DNA from: a virus
IMG/VR virus record: IMGVR_UViG_3300017917_003388
Coordinates: 32,001 to 96,000 of that record
Reading direction: 5' to 3' (one strand)
DNA: 64,000 nt
In this document: positions 9,818 to 20,717 of the stretch, piece by piece
Layout: each line of letters opens with the position of its first letter
How positions within the stretch are numbered: position 1 is the first letter of the stretch
The notes under the pieces: model-generated
Database searches by the model: none
The model's input: only the letters and a program-made list of their open reading frames with translations
What the model was told of the DNA's origin: nothing
Program-made: the position numbers and the translations under genes

Positions 9818-10373
9818 TTTGGTTTTTTTTAATTTTGATTGAGATTTTATCTTTATTTCCATCAGCATGAGAAAAAACAACATGTGTTGGATGAAGATCA
9901 AATTCTAATCCATCCATTAAATTAGCATATTTATCTCCTTCTCCTGATTTAATATACCCTATGGTTAAATGTGGTTTATAATCTTTAAAGGTAGAAGTAT
10001 AAGGATATTTTTTTAAACTATTATTAATATTTATTAAATCACTAGTATCTTTTGATTCAAATTTTAACACATCATATTTATCATTTTTGAATAACGATGC
10101 ATTATTTATAGTATATTTTTCTTTAAATTCAAAACCATCTATTACTTTTTTAATATCATCTAAAGTAACTTCAGAATGTAACCCATATAGTAAAGTTATA
10201 TGAGGTTCATCTTCTAAACCATATGTTTTATCTCCATCTTCTATATATATATCCCATTCATTTATAATTTTATGGATAGTTTTAATTAAAGGAAAATCAA
10301 AATATAACATTACACATCCAAATTCATATGTACTTGATGAATTTTCTTTAAGTAAATTTGTTAATTTGATCAT
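9810..10373 (-). CDS. 2H phosphoesterase (Acb1/T4 57B-like or 2'-5' RNA ligase-like)
   Basis: Two HxT motifs: EPHITLLYG and KPHLTIGY. Confidence 0.8.
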   Translation of the reverse strand: MIKLTNLLKENSSSTYEFGCVMLYFDFPLIKTIHKIINEWDIYIEDGDKTYGLEDEPHITLLYGLHSEVTLDDIKKVIDGFEFKEKYTINNASLFKNDKYDVLKFESKDTSDLININNSLKKYPYTSTFKDYKPHLTIGYIKSGEGDKYANLMDGLEFDLHPTHVVFSHADGNKDKISIKIKKNQNE

Positions 10374-10376
10374 ATA

Positions 10377-11666
10377 TTATTGTTTTATTTTTTGTAATGT
10401 GGGAAGTATAAGTTGGGTTTGCTTGGGAAATTCAGGAATAATATCTAAATATTCTTTCAATTTTTCAGTCATTTTTTCAAATGAAAAATTTTGTTTAGCA
10501 AAAAATGATTGTCTTGTCGCTCCATCTTTATAATTTTTATAATTTTCAAATACATCTCTTAATATATTAAATACTTGATTTACATCAGGAGAAAACCATT
10601 TAGCTTCAGATAATAACATATTATTAGCAGCACTTGGATGAACATTTGTTAATTTGCCTCCAATTAATGGAGAAAATTCAGCTTTTAAAAAATCAATATG
10701 GCCACTCCAATTAGTTGTAATTATTGGTTTTTTACTTTGAGTAAATTCAAGTAATGGACGACCGAAACCTTCTCCTTTAGTTAATGACACCATTGCTTTA
10801 ACCTTAGGATGATTATATATATAGTTCATTTCAATATCTGTAAATTCTCCATGGAGTAAATATATATTTGGTAAATCAACAGAATTTACAGTTGAACGTA
10901 TAGATGATATTCTTTTTAAAATTTCATCTCTATCCATATAAGATGAACCAACTATCGATGTTTTTAAAATCAATGCAGGTTTTTGTTTTTTATTTTTAAA
11001 TGTTTCCAAAAATGTTTTTATTAATAAACCTACATTTTTACGATCTTCCCCTAAATTACCTGGAAGCCATGTTCCGCAGAATAAGAAACAAAAATCTTCT
11101 TTAATATCGTCTCTTAATGTTTTAACAACTGGGTTAGAAATATCTGGTAAAATCTTATTGTATGTATTTGTATCTATTCCTTCAAACAATACTTCCATTT
11201 TAGTTTTTAATTCAATAATTCCTTCAATCTGTTTAGTTTGATTATTGGTTTTATTAAATTTAGAATTTATAAAGCTTTGTTTTGAATGTTCTGATGATAC
11301 TAGTACTAAATCCATTCTATTACAACCTTCGATCCATTCTGCTGGTACTATATCTGTTTCTAATCCTGCAGTGATACCAATATTATATTTACCTATTTTT
11401 TGAAATTCGTTAGGTACTGTAATCCATATAAAAATATCAGGTTGAGATGTTAGAGGCCCACTATGTATGTATTTAGTTAGAAAATCCCATTCTTTATTTT
11501 CTTCAATATAACCATGGGGACAGTTTCCCCAGTTACATGGAATTATTTTTATATCCCATTCATTCTGTTTTAATTCAATTAATGATTTAACTATATCTCT
11601 ACTTCTTTGTGAATATCCACTATATACATCTATAGGACAATATATAAAACAACTATTTTTATTCAT
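10377..11666 (-). CDS. GT-B (GT4-like) glycosyltransferase
   Basis: DRKNVG, GEGFGRPLLE, TNWSG. Confidence 0.85.
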   Translation of the reverse strand: MNKNSCFIYCPIDVYSGYSQRSRDIVKSLIELKQNEWDIKIIPCNWGNCPHGYIEENKEWDFLTKYIHSGPLTSQPDIFIWITVPNEFQKIGKYNIGITAGLETDIVPAEWIEGCNRMDLVLVSSEHSKQSFINSKFNKTNNQTKQIEGIIELKTKMEVLFEGIDTNTYNKILPDISNPVVKTLRDDIKEDFCFLFCGTWLPGNLGEDRKNVGLLIKTFLETFKNKKQKPALILKTSIVGSSYMDRDEILKRISSIRSTVNSVDLPNIYLLHGEFTDIEMNYIYNHPKVKAMVSLTKGEGFGRPLLEFTQSKKPIITTNWSGHIDFLKAEFSPLIGGKLTNVHPSAANNMLLSEAKWFSPDVNQVFNILRDVFENYKNYKDGATRQSFFAKQNFSFEKMTEKLKEYLDIIPEFPKQTQLILPTLQKIKQ

Positions 11667-11672
11667 AATTTT

Positions 11673-12350
11673 TTAACTTATATTTATTTCTTTAACTTTT
11701 TCTATTGCTTGTGGTGGTATATTATTTAAGGTATAATATCCATGAATATAATTGGGGTCAGTATATAATTTCAGATAATCCCCAGGAACCATATATGTAT
11801 TTATTTTTAATATTGTCCAATTTTTTATTCCTGTTTTTTGGTAAAACATTTCTCCTAAACTTTCTATATCTTCTAAATCTTTAGATAAATAAACTCTATC
11901 AGGATGGTATGATGCTTTTGATCTTGACTTAGGTACTAATCCTATGCTTAAAATTTTATCTACATTTTGTGTTGGAGCAATATGATAGAGAACTTGAGGT
12001 ATTTTTTCAACTATTTCTTCATCAAATTTAGCTTCAAATCTTAATCTAATTCCACCTTCTTTAAAATATTTTTCATCCCATTTTCCTGTATATCCTTCAG
12101 TTTCCATAAATGAAGGAAACCATCCTAAAATATTAGCATCTTTGATAATATCATTTAAATTGTTAATATTTGTATGAAATGTTTTAACATAAAATGAATT
12201 TCTACTTTTTGTAAATATAAATTTAGATGAATATTTTTTCTCTAAGATATTAAGTGTTTTTCCAATATTAGTAGTTTTAATTAAACCTTCTTGAAGATTT
12301 AATTCATATTCTTCTTTATATATTTCTAATAGTATATTGAGTAATTTCAT
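11673..12350 (-). CDS. ADP-ribosyltransferase-fold (Tpt1/KptA-like) protein
   Basis: LYHIAP...ILSIGLVP...RVYLS...ILKI...NIPPQAI. Confidence 0.65.
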   Translation of the reverse strand: MKLLNILLEIYKEEYELNLQEGLIKTTNIGKTLNILEKKYSSKFIFTKSRNSFYVKTFHTNINNLNDIIKDANILGWFPSFMETEGYTGKWDEKYFKEGGIRLRFEAKFDEEIVEKIPQVLYHIAPTQNVDKILSIGLVPKSRSKASYHPDRVYLSKDLEDIESLGEMFYQKTGIKNWTILKINTYMVPGDYLKLYTDPNYIHGYYTLNNIPPQAIEKVKEINIS

Positions 12351-12351
12351 A

Positions 12352-13803
12352 TTAATAAACTAATTTATGATTTAATGTTTTTTTAAATACATGTTTAGTA
12401 TTAATAAGTTCAAACTTTTCACGGGGTACCCAAGTTTCGAATAAATCATCTAAGGTATTTATAATTTTTATTCCCATCTTCTCCCCAGTAAATCCAGCTT
12501 CATCTGATATAGCCCATTCTCTTCCTTTTAATCCTCTTTCAATACGTTCAGCTTTAGACATACTATATGCTTCTTTAATTCTAATAGATGCATCTTCAGG
12601 TGTACATCTATCATCCCAAATATAAGGTGTTATAGGTGAACCTTGAATTGAACGATTTGTTGGGTAAACAGGTAAAGCCCATTCTCCACATTCTTTAATA
12701 GTACCATTATGATTAGAAGGAAATTTATTATCAAACTCTACCCATTTTCCATCTTTAACAAAACGCATTTGATCTTGCATTCCTCCAGTTACATTTGCTA
12801 TAATCATTTTTCCAGCTAATAAAGCTTCAGTTAAAGATAATCCCCATCCTTCATTTGATGTTAATAAAATTTGAGTATCAGATATATTATATAAGTAATT
12901 CATATATTTAGGATCTAATACTTTATCTGAAAATATTATATTGTATTTATTACCTAATTCAAAACCAAAAAGAAATTCACATACTGCATTTAAATCTGTA
13001 CCATTATCATCTATAATTTGGGTATGTAATATAAAGGCACATTCTCTAGCTTTTTCTTCAGGTAATGAATCAATAAAATATTTATATGCTAAAAGAGTAT
13101 CAGGAATTTGTTTACGTCTAATGTTTCGTGAGTTGAAAAATAGAATAAAATCATATTCTTTTCCTTTAAGTATTGTATTCTTAAATTGGTTAAATTCTGC
13201 AGATTGTTTTTCATCTTCAGATAATGGTTTAAAAACATTATGATCTAATCCATGAGGAACATAAGTTATAATCTTAGAATTTTTATCAGGACCTAATACT
13301 AATTTATTTATGTTAACTGTTTGTTTAGAAATCCCCAATAATGCATCGCATGCTTCATAAAATGGTTTATTATACATAGGGGCAGGATAATTATCCCAAA
13401 TATTAAGATAAATTATAGGTATTTTACGACGAATTTCGTTTTCTATTTGGAATAACCACATAAAATATCTAGGATCAGTTATCAGAAATATAGCATCTGG
13501 TTTTTCAGTTTTTATTAAATGTCTTATTAGATTGGGGTCTCCATAACCATCTGTTGGATATAAGAATACAGACGAATCTGTTAATCCAGTTATTTCATTA
13601 GTATTTTGGGATAAATCTAATCGCTTTCCTTTTTCAGGATGATTAATAGCTCCAGAGATTTGTACCCAGTTAAAATGATGACATGTATTTATAACTATTT
13701 CTCTACCTACCGTTGCTACTCCGGAATGAACCCTAATATCATCTGATATTAAAAGTATTTTTTTACGTTGGGATTGGGGAAGGTATTTGAATTTTTCTTT
13801 CAT
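12352..13803 (-). CDS. GT-B (GT4-like) glycosyltransferase
   Basis: RNIRRKQ, NEGWGLSLTEA. Confidence 0.85.
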   Translation of the reverse strand: MKEKFKYLPQSQRKKILLISDDIRVHSGVATVGREIVINTCHHFNWVQISGAINHPEKGKRLDLSQNTNEITGLTDSSVFLYPTDGYGDPNLIRHLIKTEKPDAIFLITDPRYFMWLFQIENEIRRKIPIIYLNIWDNYPAPMYNKPFYEACDALLGISKQTVNINKLVLGPDKNSKIITYVPHGLDHNVFKPLSEDEKQSAEFNQFKNTILKGKEYDFILFFNSRNIRRKQIPDTLLAYKYFIDSLPEEKARECAFILHTQIIDDNGTDLNAVCEFLFGFELGNKYNIIFSDKVLDPKYMNYLYNISDTQILLTSNEGWGLSLTEALLAGKMIIANVTGGMQDQMRFVKDGKWVEFDNKFPSNHNGTIKECGEWALPVYPTNRSIQGSPITPYIWDDRCTPEDASIRIKEAYSMSKAERIERGLKGREWAISDEAGFTGEKMGIKIINTLDDLFETWVPREKFELINTKHVFKKTLNHKLVY

Positions 13804-13828
13804 AAACTTTTATTTTGTTATTTATTTT

Positions 13829-14020
13829 TTATAGATCTTTAATATCAGGGATATTATGATTGGTTATCAATTTTCTAAATTCAGAATCATTAAGATATAA
13901 ATCCATTGCTTTATTCACTAATTTATTTAGAGAAAATTTTCTTCGAACACATTCAATCTTAAAGTTATTAAACAATTCTTGATTTACTTTAACTGATGTT
14001 AATTGAGTTTTATCTTCCAT
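13829..14020 (-). CDS. Ribbon-helix-helix-like small DNA-binding protein
   Basis: LTSVKV strand followed by two helices. Confidence 0.55.
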   Translation of the reverse strand: MEDKTQLTSVKVNQELFNNFKIECVRRKFSLNKLVNKAMDLYLNDSEFRKLITNHNIPDIKDL

Positions 14021-14063
14021 ATTATTTATATAAATTTATTTATATATAAATATATTAAGATTT

Positions 14064-15038
14064 TTAATCTATTACAAATTTGAATTTAGATGTTTTTTTC
14101 TCTTTACCTTTATCACATAATTCAGGCATTTTATTAAACATACAATATTTACATGTTTTGGGATCAGGAGTAGGTTTATGTTCTATATTTTTATATGAAC
14201 CATCAATGTTGAATACATTTTCTATAAAATTCTCCAAATGTTTTCTTGCATTTTTTATCTTATTTTTTCCACTGATTGGAGAATATTCTTGAATTCTTTT
14301 AGAAAAAATAGATTCTTCCCATATTTTTCGTTTAAGTATAAAAAATTTAACATCAATTTTATCTTCAGATATACCAAATTGCTCGCTAAATATTGATTTA
14401 TATAATAACAATTGGTTTTGTTTATGAATATCTTTTTTATCTTTATCTGACCATCCTCTAGATGATGTTTTTATATCATATATAATAAAAGTATCAGTAG
14501 ATTCACAATATAATACTAGATCTATAAACCCACCAAATACTACATTTGGGAATTTAGGATTAGGTGATATAACTAATGGTATTTCTACACCTACTAAGTA
14601 ATAATCTTTTTTTATAAAATATTCTCTTCGTTTATCTTTGATAAATCTTAATATTTCTATACCATCATCAAAAAATTCAGACATTTCAGATGCATTACTA
14701 AAATGTTTAGATTTATTTTTTTCATATTGTTTATTATAATTATCACGAAATGAATTTTCAAAAAAGTTTTCAATATCAAATTCATCAGCTTGAACACTAT
14801 TTTCTTCATATAATATATGGAGAAAATGTTGTATAGTTTCATGTAATGCTGTTCCAAACACAGTATGTATGTTAGAGGTAAAGGCTTTATGACCTTCTTT
14901 ATATTGTAATGACCATTTTTTAGGACATGAAGCATACATAGACATTTGAGAGACAGATACGTTTTTTTGAAAACTATAATCTATCTCTCTATTTGGTATT
15001 GATTTAATTTTTTGAATTATTTCTGGGATCTGTCTCAT
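14064..15038 (-). CDS. PD-(D/E)XK exonuclease (PDDEXK_1/Cas4-like)
   Basis: CP...FGTALHE...GFIDLV...DIKTS...Q...Y...CKYC...C. Confidence 0.8.
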   Translation of the reverse strand: MRQIPEIIQKIKSIPNREIDYSFQKNVSVSQMSMYASCPKKWSLQYKEGHKAFTSNIHTVFGTALHETIQHFLHILYEENSVQADEFDIENFFENSFRDNYNKQYEKNKSKHFSNASEMSEFFDDGIEILRFIKDKRREYFIKKDYYLVGVEIPLVISPNPKFPNVVFGGFIDLVLYCESTDTFIIYDIKTSSRGWSDKDKKDIHKQNQLLLYKSIFSEQFGISEDKIDVKFFILKRKIWEESIFSKRIQEYSPISGKNKIKNARKHLENFIENVFNIDGSYKNIEHKPTPDPKTCKYCMFNKMPELCDKGKEKKTSKFKFVID

Positions 15039-15385
15039 TTATCGAGTAAATCAATTATTTTTTGTAAATATAATGATAAATCCATTGCTTCTTCTTGAGC
15101 ATGAATTAAATAATCCTTAATATTTAAATCTTCTCTATCTAGTGTTTTACCATATTTTTTTTCACCCATTTCTGCTCTTTTAATATATTTTTCTAAAACA
15201 GTTTGCACTATTGAATCGGGGGTGTAATCATTATATGTTATTTTAGGATATTGTTCTATTAATTTTAAAATCTCTTTTTCATTTTCTATAAATTGAAATG
15301 CTTTTATAGTTTCTTGATTGGAGATAGCCATTTCTTTTTGTTCCTGAATTAATTTTAGTTGAGATTTAAGTAATTCTAAACTCAT
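15035..15385 (-). CDS. MazG-like nucleotide pyrophosphohydrolase-domain protein
   Basis: RAEMGEKKYG...HAQEEAMD. Confidence 0.55.
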   Translation of the reverse strand: MSLELLKSQLKLIQEQKEMAISNQETIKAFQFIENEKEILKLIEQYPKITYNDYTPDSIVQTVLEKYIKRAEMGEKKYGKTLDREDLNIKDYLIHAQEEAMDLSLYLQKIIDLLDK

Positions 15386-15828
15386 TTTGATAATTTTTTA
15401 ATTTGATCTTTATCCAATCCCATAGAACTTAATATAGATTCAACCCAATTTTGATTAGTTAATTTAATATATTCTTCTGCTTCTTTTATAGAACATTCAA
15501 AATATTGAGCTATATATTGTGGTACTTCGGGTTTATATTTCTTATTTTTGGATTTAATATAAGGAGAATATGTGTTTTTAGATTGAGGTATTATAAAACA
15601 ATATAATTCATATAATTTTTTATTATCTTTTATATTCAATTTTTGGATATAATTCACTATATCTAAATATTTAGGATTCATACTTAATATCTTATGTATC
15701 ATAAAACCATTAAATATTTTATGTTCATCAGAATTAAATGAACTCCATGATTTTTTATAATCTATAATATTTTTTACCCAATCGAATATGGTAAATTGAT
15801 TTTTATATTTTGGAGTTATATTCTTCAT
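15382..15828 (-). CDS. Clamp loader small subunit (gp62-like)
   Basis: FMIHKILSM...IAQYFECSIKEAEEY; near the large subunit. Confidence 0.6.
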   Translation of the reverse strand: MKNITPKYKNQFTIFDWVKNIIDYKKSWSSFNSDEHKIFNGFMIHKILSMNPKYLDIVNYIQKLNIKDNKKLYELYCFIIPQSKNTYSPYIKSKNKKYKPEVPQYIAQYFECSIKEAEEYIKLTNQNWVESILSSMGLDKDQIKKLSK

Positions 15829-16054
15829 ATTCTTGACGTAATTCTTTGGGAAGTAAACTAGTTAATATTTTTCCTTCTTTATTTACAAATACTTGAATAG
15901 GAACAATAGCATCATCTGGAGTTCCTGTTAGGAATTTACTAATTTTTCTTAAAACTGTAGCTTCAAAAAATATTTGATTTCCATTATCATCAATAATTGG
16001 TGTAGATTGACTTATATCAATATTCATTTTTATTCCTTGTTGATTTGATTCCAT
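15803..16054 (-). CDS. Hypothetical protein
   Basis: ORF track. Confidence 0.65.
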   Translation of the reverse strand: MESNQQGIKMNIDISQSTPIIDDNGNQIFFEATVLRKISKFLTGTPDDAIVPIQVFVNKEGKILTSLLPKELRQEYEEYNSKI

Positions 16055-16080
16055 AAAATTTTATTTTATTTAATTTTAAA

Positions 16081-16659
16081 TTAATTGTTTATTTCTGGTT
16101 TTTTATAATATTTCCATACTTCATCTAATTGTGAAATATCCTTAACCCACATTATCCAATCATCTGGGTTTATTTCTTCTTCAATTACATCTATATAAAA
16201 TGTTTTAGGGGTGAATGGAAATCCTTTTATTTCTAATGAAGAACTAATTCTATTTTTATCATTTATTGCATCTTCTCTACTTAAATATAAAGGACCAGTC
16301 CATGTAGTCCCATTAGGGCATACTTTAACTATTGCTGAATTATATGTTATAATATTATTATTTTTAAATAACCCAGATTCTCTTTTATTTTGATACATAT
16401 TTTCACCCCCCCAAAGCCCGCTAATATCTACCCATTCATCATCTTCTCCAGTAATAGGTTGTAGAGGTTTAAATAAGGCTAATTTTTCAAATATACTAAT
16501 AACAATATTTGCAGACATTCCTGAATGACCCTGGTTGGAAAATACATCTATTAATTCTAATACTGCTTTTCCCGTAGCTCCTCCATAAAAATCTCCAGTA
16601 TCATCTAATAATCCAGCCATTTTTAATTCTAGGGTTGCAAAATCTTTTAAATTACCCAT
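16081..16659 (-). CDS. Hypothetical phage protein
   Basis: ORF track; FSNQGHSGMSA. Confidence 0.65.
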   Translation of the reverse strand: MGNLKDFATLELKMAGLLDDTGDFYGGATGKAVLELIDVFSNQGHSGMSANIVISIFEKLALFKPLQPITGEDDEWVDISGLWGGENMYQNKRESGLFKNNNIITYNSAIVKVCPNGTTWTGPLYLSREDAINDKNRISSSLEIKGFPFTPKTFYIDVIEEEINPDDWIMWVKDISQLDEVWKYYKKPEINN

Positions 16660-16665
16660 TTTTTT

Positions 16666-17586
16666 TTATTTTAATATTTCTAATATTTTATATATATATG
16701 CACAAAAATTTATTTCTTTATCTATAACAAAATTGGAATGATATAAGCCTTCTTCAATATTTATTATAATTAATCCTTCATTTCCCTTTCCATATTCTTC
16801 TATCCTATCATACAATGCTTTATATATATCTTCAAAATTACTTACATCTGAATCTGCTATTAATTGTCTTATATTATTAAATGATTTAGAATCAGGTTTA
16901 GCTAATATTTTTATAATAAGATCAATATACTCTTCAGAATTGTGGAAAGCACTATTTAATACTAATTTATCATTGACTATATATTTTTGACAATTATTTA
17001 TTATTTTTCTAAAATCAGGATAAAATTTATTTACTATTGTTGCTATATCTTCTATATTATATTTAATTTCTTCTATATCCAAGATATTTACAACATGTTC
17101 TGCTATTATTTTTTTAGATGGGGGTAACAAATCAAATTCTTGTAATCTACTTCTGAGGGGTTCTATTAATCTTTCAGGATAATTACCTGTTAATATGAAA
17201 CGAGTAGTTAAACTATATGTTTCAATCATATTTAATAATAATACTTGAGAAGCGGATAAAATATGTGTTGCTTCATCTAATATTACTATTTTAAGAGGTT
17301 TAAATGATCCAGCAGCTGCAAATGAACCTACTTTATCTCTCATTACATCAATTGATCGTTCATCAGTAGCATTTATATATAAATAATCACAGTCAATATT
17401 ATTTACTAATAATTTAGCTAATGTAGTTTTACCTGAACCTGGTTTACCAGCAAGTAAAATATGAGGAATATCTTGTTTATTAATAAATTCTTCAAATTTT
17501 TGTCTATATTCATCCCTACATATGAATCCCATCAATGTGTTTGGACGATATTTTTCAACTAAAATTGTATGTTCTTTTTTACTCAT
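16666..17586 (-). CDS. Clamp loader large subunit (gp44/RFC AAA+)
   Basis: VEKYRP, GKPGSGKT, LDEA, LRSR. Confidence 0.9.
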   Translation of the reverse strand: MSKKEHTILVEKYRPNTLMGFICRDEYRQKFEEFINKQDIPHILLAGKPGSGKTTLAKLLVNNIDCDYLYINATDERSIDVMRDKVGSFAAAGSFKPLKIVILDEATHILSASQVLLLNMIETYSLTTRFILTGNYPERLIEPLRSRLQEFDLLPPSKKIIAEHVVNILDIEEIKYNIEDIATIVNKFYPDFRKIINNCQKYIVNDKLVLNSAFHNSEEYIDLIIKILAKPDSKSFNNIRQLIADSDVSNFEDIYKALYDRIEEYGKGNEGLIIINIEEGLYHSNFVIDKEINFCAYIYKILEILK

Positions 17587-17597
17587 AATATTGTTTA

Positions 17598-17762
17598 TTA
17601 ATATTTTTCAATTTTACAATTAGGATATTTGTTTTTAACAAATTTTTCAGCTAATCTATATGGTAAATCATAAACTTCTATAAAATCTATTTCACCACTA
17701 GGTTTAGTAATTTGAAATTCAAATACGTTGATGTAATCGATATTCCTCTTTTTTTTACTCAT
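17598..17762 (-). CDS. Small 54-aa hypothetical protein
   Basis: Manual translation MSKKKRNIDYINVFEFQITKPSGEIDFIEVYDLPYRLAEKFVKNKYPNCKIEKY. Confidence 0.55.
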   Translation of the reverse strand: MSKKKRNIDYINVFEFQITKPSGEIDFIEVYDLPYRLAEKFVKNKYPNCKIEKY

Positions 17763-17774
17763 ATATTTTTTATT

Positions 17775-19394
17775 TTAATACATTTGCATTTCAGGTTTTT
17801 TATCTTCATTGTTTTTTTCAACAATTGCTGATTCAGTTAATAATATTAAACCAGCTACAGATGCTGCATTTTCTATAGCATTACGTGTTACTTTTGCTGG
17901 ATCTATTATTCCTGCTTCTTTCATATTGACAAAAGTTTCAGTTCTTATATTGTATCCTACCCAATTATCAGGTGTGTTTGTTAATCCACTTACTAATCCG
18001 TAACATTCTCCTTCACTATATCCAGCATTTGTTAATATTTTCATAAATGGTGAAGCACATGCTTCATAAACTATTGATTTTCCTATATTAAAATCATCTG
18101 AGTTATCTTTTGATTTAGTAATAGCTTCACTAGAATATAATAATGCCATTCCTCCTCCTGGAACAATTCCTTCTTCTAATGCTGCTTTGGTTGCATGCAA
18201 TGCATCGTCCACACGATCTTTCTTCTCTTTAATTTCTAATTCTGAATTTCCCCCAACATGAACTATAGCTACACCTCCTATAAATTTAGCTAAACGTTCT
18301 TGTAATTTCTCTTTTTCATAAGGAACTACAGATTTATCAATTTGAGATTGTAATTCTAAAATTCTTGTTTCTATTTTATCTGAATTTCCTTTTCCATCAA
18401 TAATTGTAGTTTGATCTTTAGTAATTGTAACTAAACGAGATTTACCAAACCAATCCCATGAAAATTTGTCTAATTTCATCCCTTTTTCATTTGAAAATAC
18501 TTCCCCACCAGTCATTATGGCTATATCTTCAAGAATTAATTTACGTCGTTCCCCAAAATCTGGGGCTTTAACAGCTGCTACCTTTAATGTGCCTCTCATT
18601 TTATTAACAATAAGAGTTGACAATACTTCTCCATCAATATCTTCAGCAATAATCAATAATGGTTTTCCAGTTCCTGATACATGCTCCAATACTGGAAGTA
18701 AGTCTTTGACTTGGGTAAATTTACGATCTGCTATCAATATAAATGGATCTTCTAAAGTACAAGTCATATCATTATTGTTGGTTACAAAAAAGTGAGATTT
18801 ATATCCTCTATCAAATTGCATCCCTTCTACAGTTTCAAGATATGTTTCTCCAGTTTTAGATTCTTCAATAGTAATTACTCCTTCTCTACCTACTTTATCC
18901 ATAGCTGTAGATATTAATTTACCAATTTCTGGATCATTATTAGCTGAAATTGTAGCTATTTGTTCAATTTGGTTTTCAGATGATATATCTTCCACTATAT
19001 TTTCTCTCATATAGTTTACTACTTCTTTAACAGCTTCATCAATACCTCGTTTTATATCTACAGCATTTGAACCTTTATCAATAAATGAAATTCCTTTATT
19101 AATCATATTTTGTGCTAAAAGAGTTGAAGTTGTTGTACCGTCTCCAGCATTGTTAGCTGTTTTTATAGATGCTTGTTTTATCATTTGAGCTCCTAATTCT
19201 TCAAAAGGATCTTCTAAATCTGAAATTTGTTTTGCTACTGATACTCCATCTTTTGTGGATTTAATTTCTCCAAATTCAGAATATATAACATTTCTTCCGT
19301 TAGGACCCAGAGTTGATGTAACAGCATTTGCTACTTTATCTATACCTGATATTATTTTTTTTCTAACTGATGAACCAAATTCTACTATTTTCAT
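17775..19394 (-). CDS. groL: Chaperonin GroEL
   Basis: [30 protein letters not shown]. Confidence 0.95.
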   Translation of the reverse strand: MKIVEFGSSVRKKIISGIDKVANAVTSTLGPNGRNVIYSEFGEIKSTKDGVSVAKQISDLEDPFEELGAQMIKQASIKTANNAGDGTTTSTLLAQNMINKGISFIDKGSNAVDIKRGIDEAVKEVVNYMRENIVEDISSENQIEQIATISANNDPEIGKLISTAMDKVGREGVITIEESKTGETYLETVEGMQFDRGYKSHFFVTNNNDMTCTLEDPFILIADRKFTQVKDLLPVLEHVSGTGKPLLIIAEDIDGEVLSTLIVNKMRGTLKVAAVKAPDFGERRKLILEDIAIMTGGEVFSNEKGMKLDKFSWDWFGKSRLVTITKDQTTIIDGKGNSDKIETRILELQSQIDKSVVPYEKEKLQERLAKFIGGVAIVHVGGNSELEIKEKKDRVDDALHATKAALEEGIVPGGGMALLYSSEAITKSKDNSDDFNIGKSIVYEACASPFMKILTNAGYSEGECYGLVSGLTNTPDNWVGYNIRTETFVNMKEAGIIDPAKVTRNAIENAASVAGLILLTESAIVEKNNEDKKPEMQMY

Positions 19395-19425
19395 AAATTT
19401 TATTTTTAATTTTGTTTAAATTTTA

Positions 19426-19710
19426 TTATTCTATAATTGATAATACAAGAGTTTCATTACATACCCAATATTCTTGATTATCTTCTTCTACTTTTACAGG
19501 ACCTATAGGTGGTAATATCACTTTTTGTCCTTCTTTTAAGGAAGTATTAATAAAAGTACCATTAATTGAAAAATGGCCAGGACCTACAGATACAATTGTT
19601 CCTCTTAACCCTACTTCTTTTCCAGAATCAGGAACTATTATTGAACCATATTGTTTCTCATTTTCCTCTTGGGGTTTTACTATTATATTATTATGTGTCG
19701 CTCGTAACAT
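19426..19710 (-). CDS. groS: Co-chaperonin GroES
   Basis: GSIIVPD...GTIVSVGPG; adjacent to groL. Confidence 0.9.
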   Translation of the reverse strand: MLRATHNNIIVKPQEENEKQYGSIIVPDSGKEVGLRGTIVSVGPGHFSINGTFINTSLKEGQKVILPPIGPVKVEEDNQEYWVCNETLVLSIIE

Positions 19711-19723
19711 ATGTTTAAGTTTA

Positions 19724-19960
19724 TTAATTAGTTTTTTCTTCTATTAAATTATTTTCTTCTATTATTTGTGCATCGTCTATTTTATTTACAAAATAATATT
19801 TATGTTGTTTTTTTAACACTGTATCACAACCTAAATATTTTCTATATTCTTGTATTTCATCTTCATGTATTGTTTCTTCTTTAATAATTCTGTTAACAAT
19901 ATATAAGTTGTTTTTATAATTAATTATTATTTTATTCATTTCAAACATCTTTTTTAACAA
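19724..19960 (-). CDS. Hypothetical protein
   Basis: ORF track. Confidence 0.6.
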   Translation of the reverse strand: MLKKMFEMNKIIINYKNNLYIVNRIIKEETIHEDEIQEYRKYLGCDTVLKKQHKYYFVNKIDDAQIIEENNLIEEKTN

Positions 19961-20717
19961 TATAATATGTGCTACTTATATTACCTACATTAAATGAAAG
20001 TTTTAATAATCCTTCTAAATTTATATCCATATATGCCGATTCTGCATCTTTATTTACATTTAATATTTCTTTAAATAAATCAGAATTAAATCCTAACTTA
20101 AAATCAGACATGGGATCAATAAATGATTCTGATAAATTAATTGTTGAAAGATTATCTTTTATAAAATAACTAACTTTATTAGAATATTCTATATCTCCAC
20201 CAAATATTAATTCCAAACTATATTCAGATGAAAGTTCAATATCTGAATTACATTTTATCATTACTGTAGAACTATCATCTAATGCTGATTTTGCTTTTAT
20301 AAGAGATTGAATTATTTCTTTGTTTAGAATTGTTTTCAAATTATACTCTTCAGGACCATTATATTTTCCTGCTTTAGGAATTGTGATAGTATCAGCTAAA
20401 GTATATGAAACATTAAATTGATCATCAAATATATTTAATTTACTATATATATTACCATGTTTGGTTAAATCAAGATATACATCATTATTCATAATTGATA
20501 TAAGCTTATTTAATTGAGAAGTATTAAATATACCTATATTTGAATCACACAGATTAAAATTATTATGAGAAATAATACCTACCATTTCCCTGTTGGGAGA
20601 AGTAATTTTAATATTCAAATTTTTATTTTCTATATTCCATTCAACTGATTCTATTAATCCATTTAAATAATATTTATTTATAAGAGACTGAAATTCTGGT
20701 TTTTTGATTAGAAACAT
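19941..20717 (-). CDS. DNA polymerase sliding clamp (gp45/PCNA-like)
   Basis: Size, beta-rich pattern, INLEGLLKLSF...STYYIV ending, replication context. Confidence 0.65.
   Translation of the reverse strand: MFLIKKPEFQSLINKYYLNGLIESVEWNIENKNLNIKITSPNREMVGIISHNNFNLCDSNIGIFNTSQLNKLISIMNNDVYLDLTKHGNIYSKLNIFDDQFNVSYTLADTITIPKAGKYNGPEEYNLKTILNKEIIQSLIKAKSALDDSSTVMIKCNSDIELSSEYSLELIFGGDIEYSNKVSYFIKDNLSTINLSESFIDPMSDFKLGFNSDLFKEILNVNKDAESAYMDINLEGLLKLSFNVGNISSTYYIVKKDV

Noticed and set aside
14064-15038. CRISPR-Cas system suggested by the Cas4-like nuclease
   Set aside because: No repeat-spacer array or other cas genes seen; stand-alone PD-(D/E)XK nucleases are common in phages.
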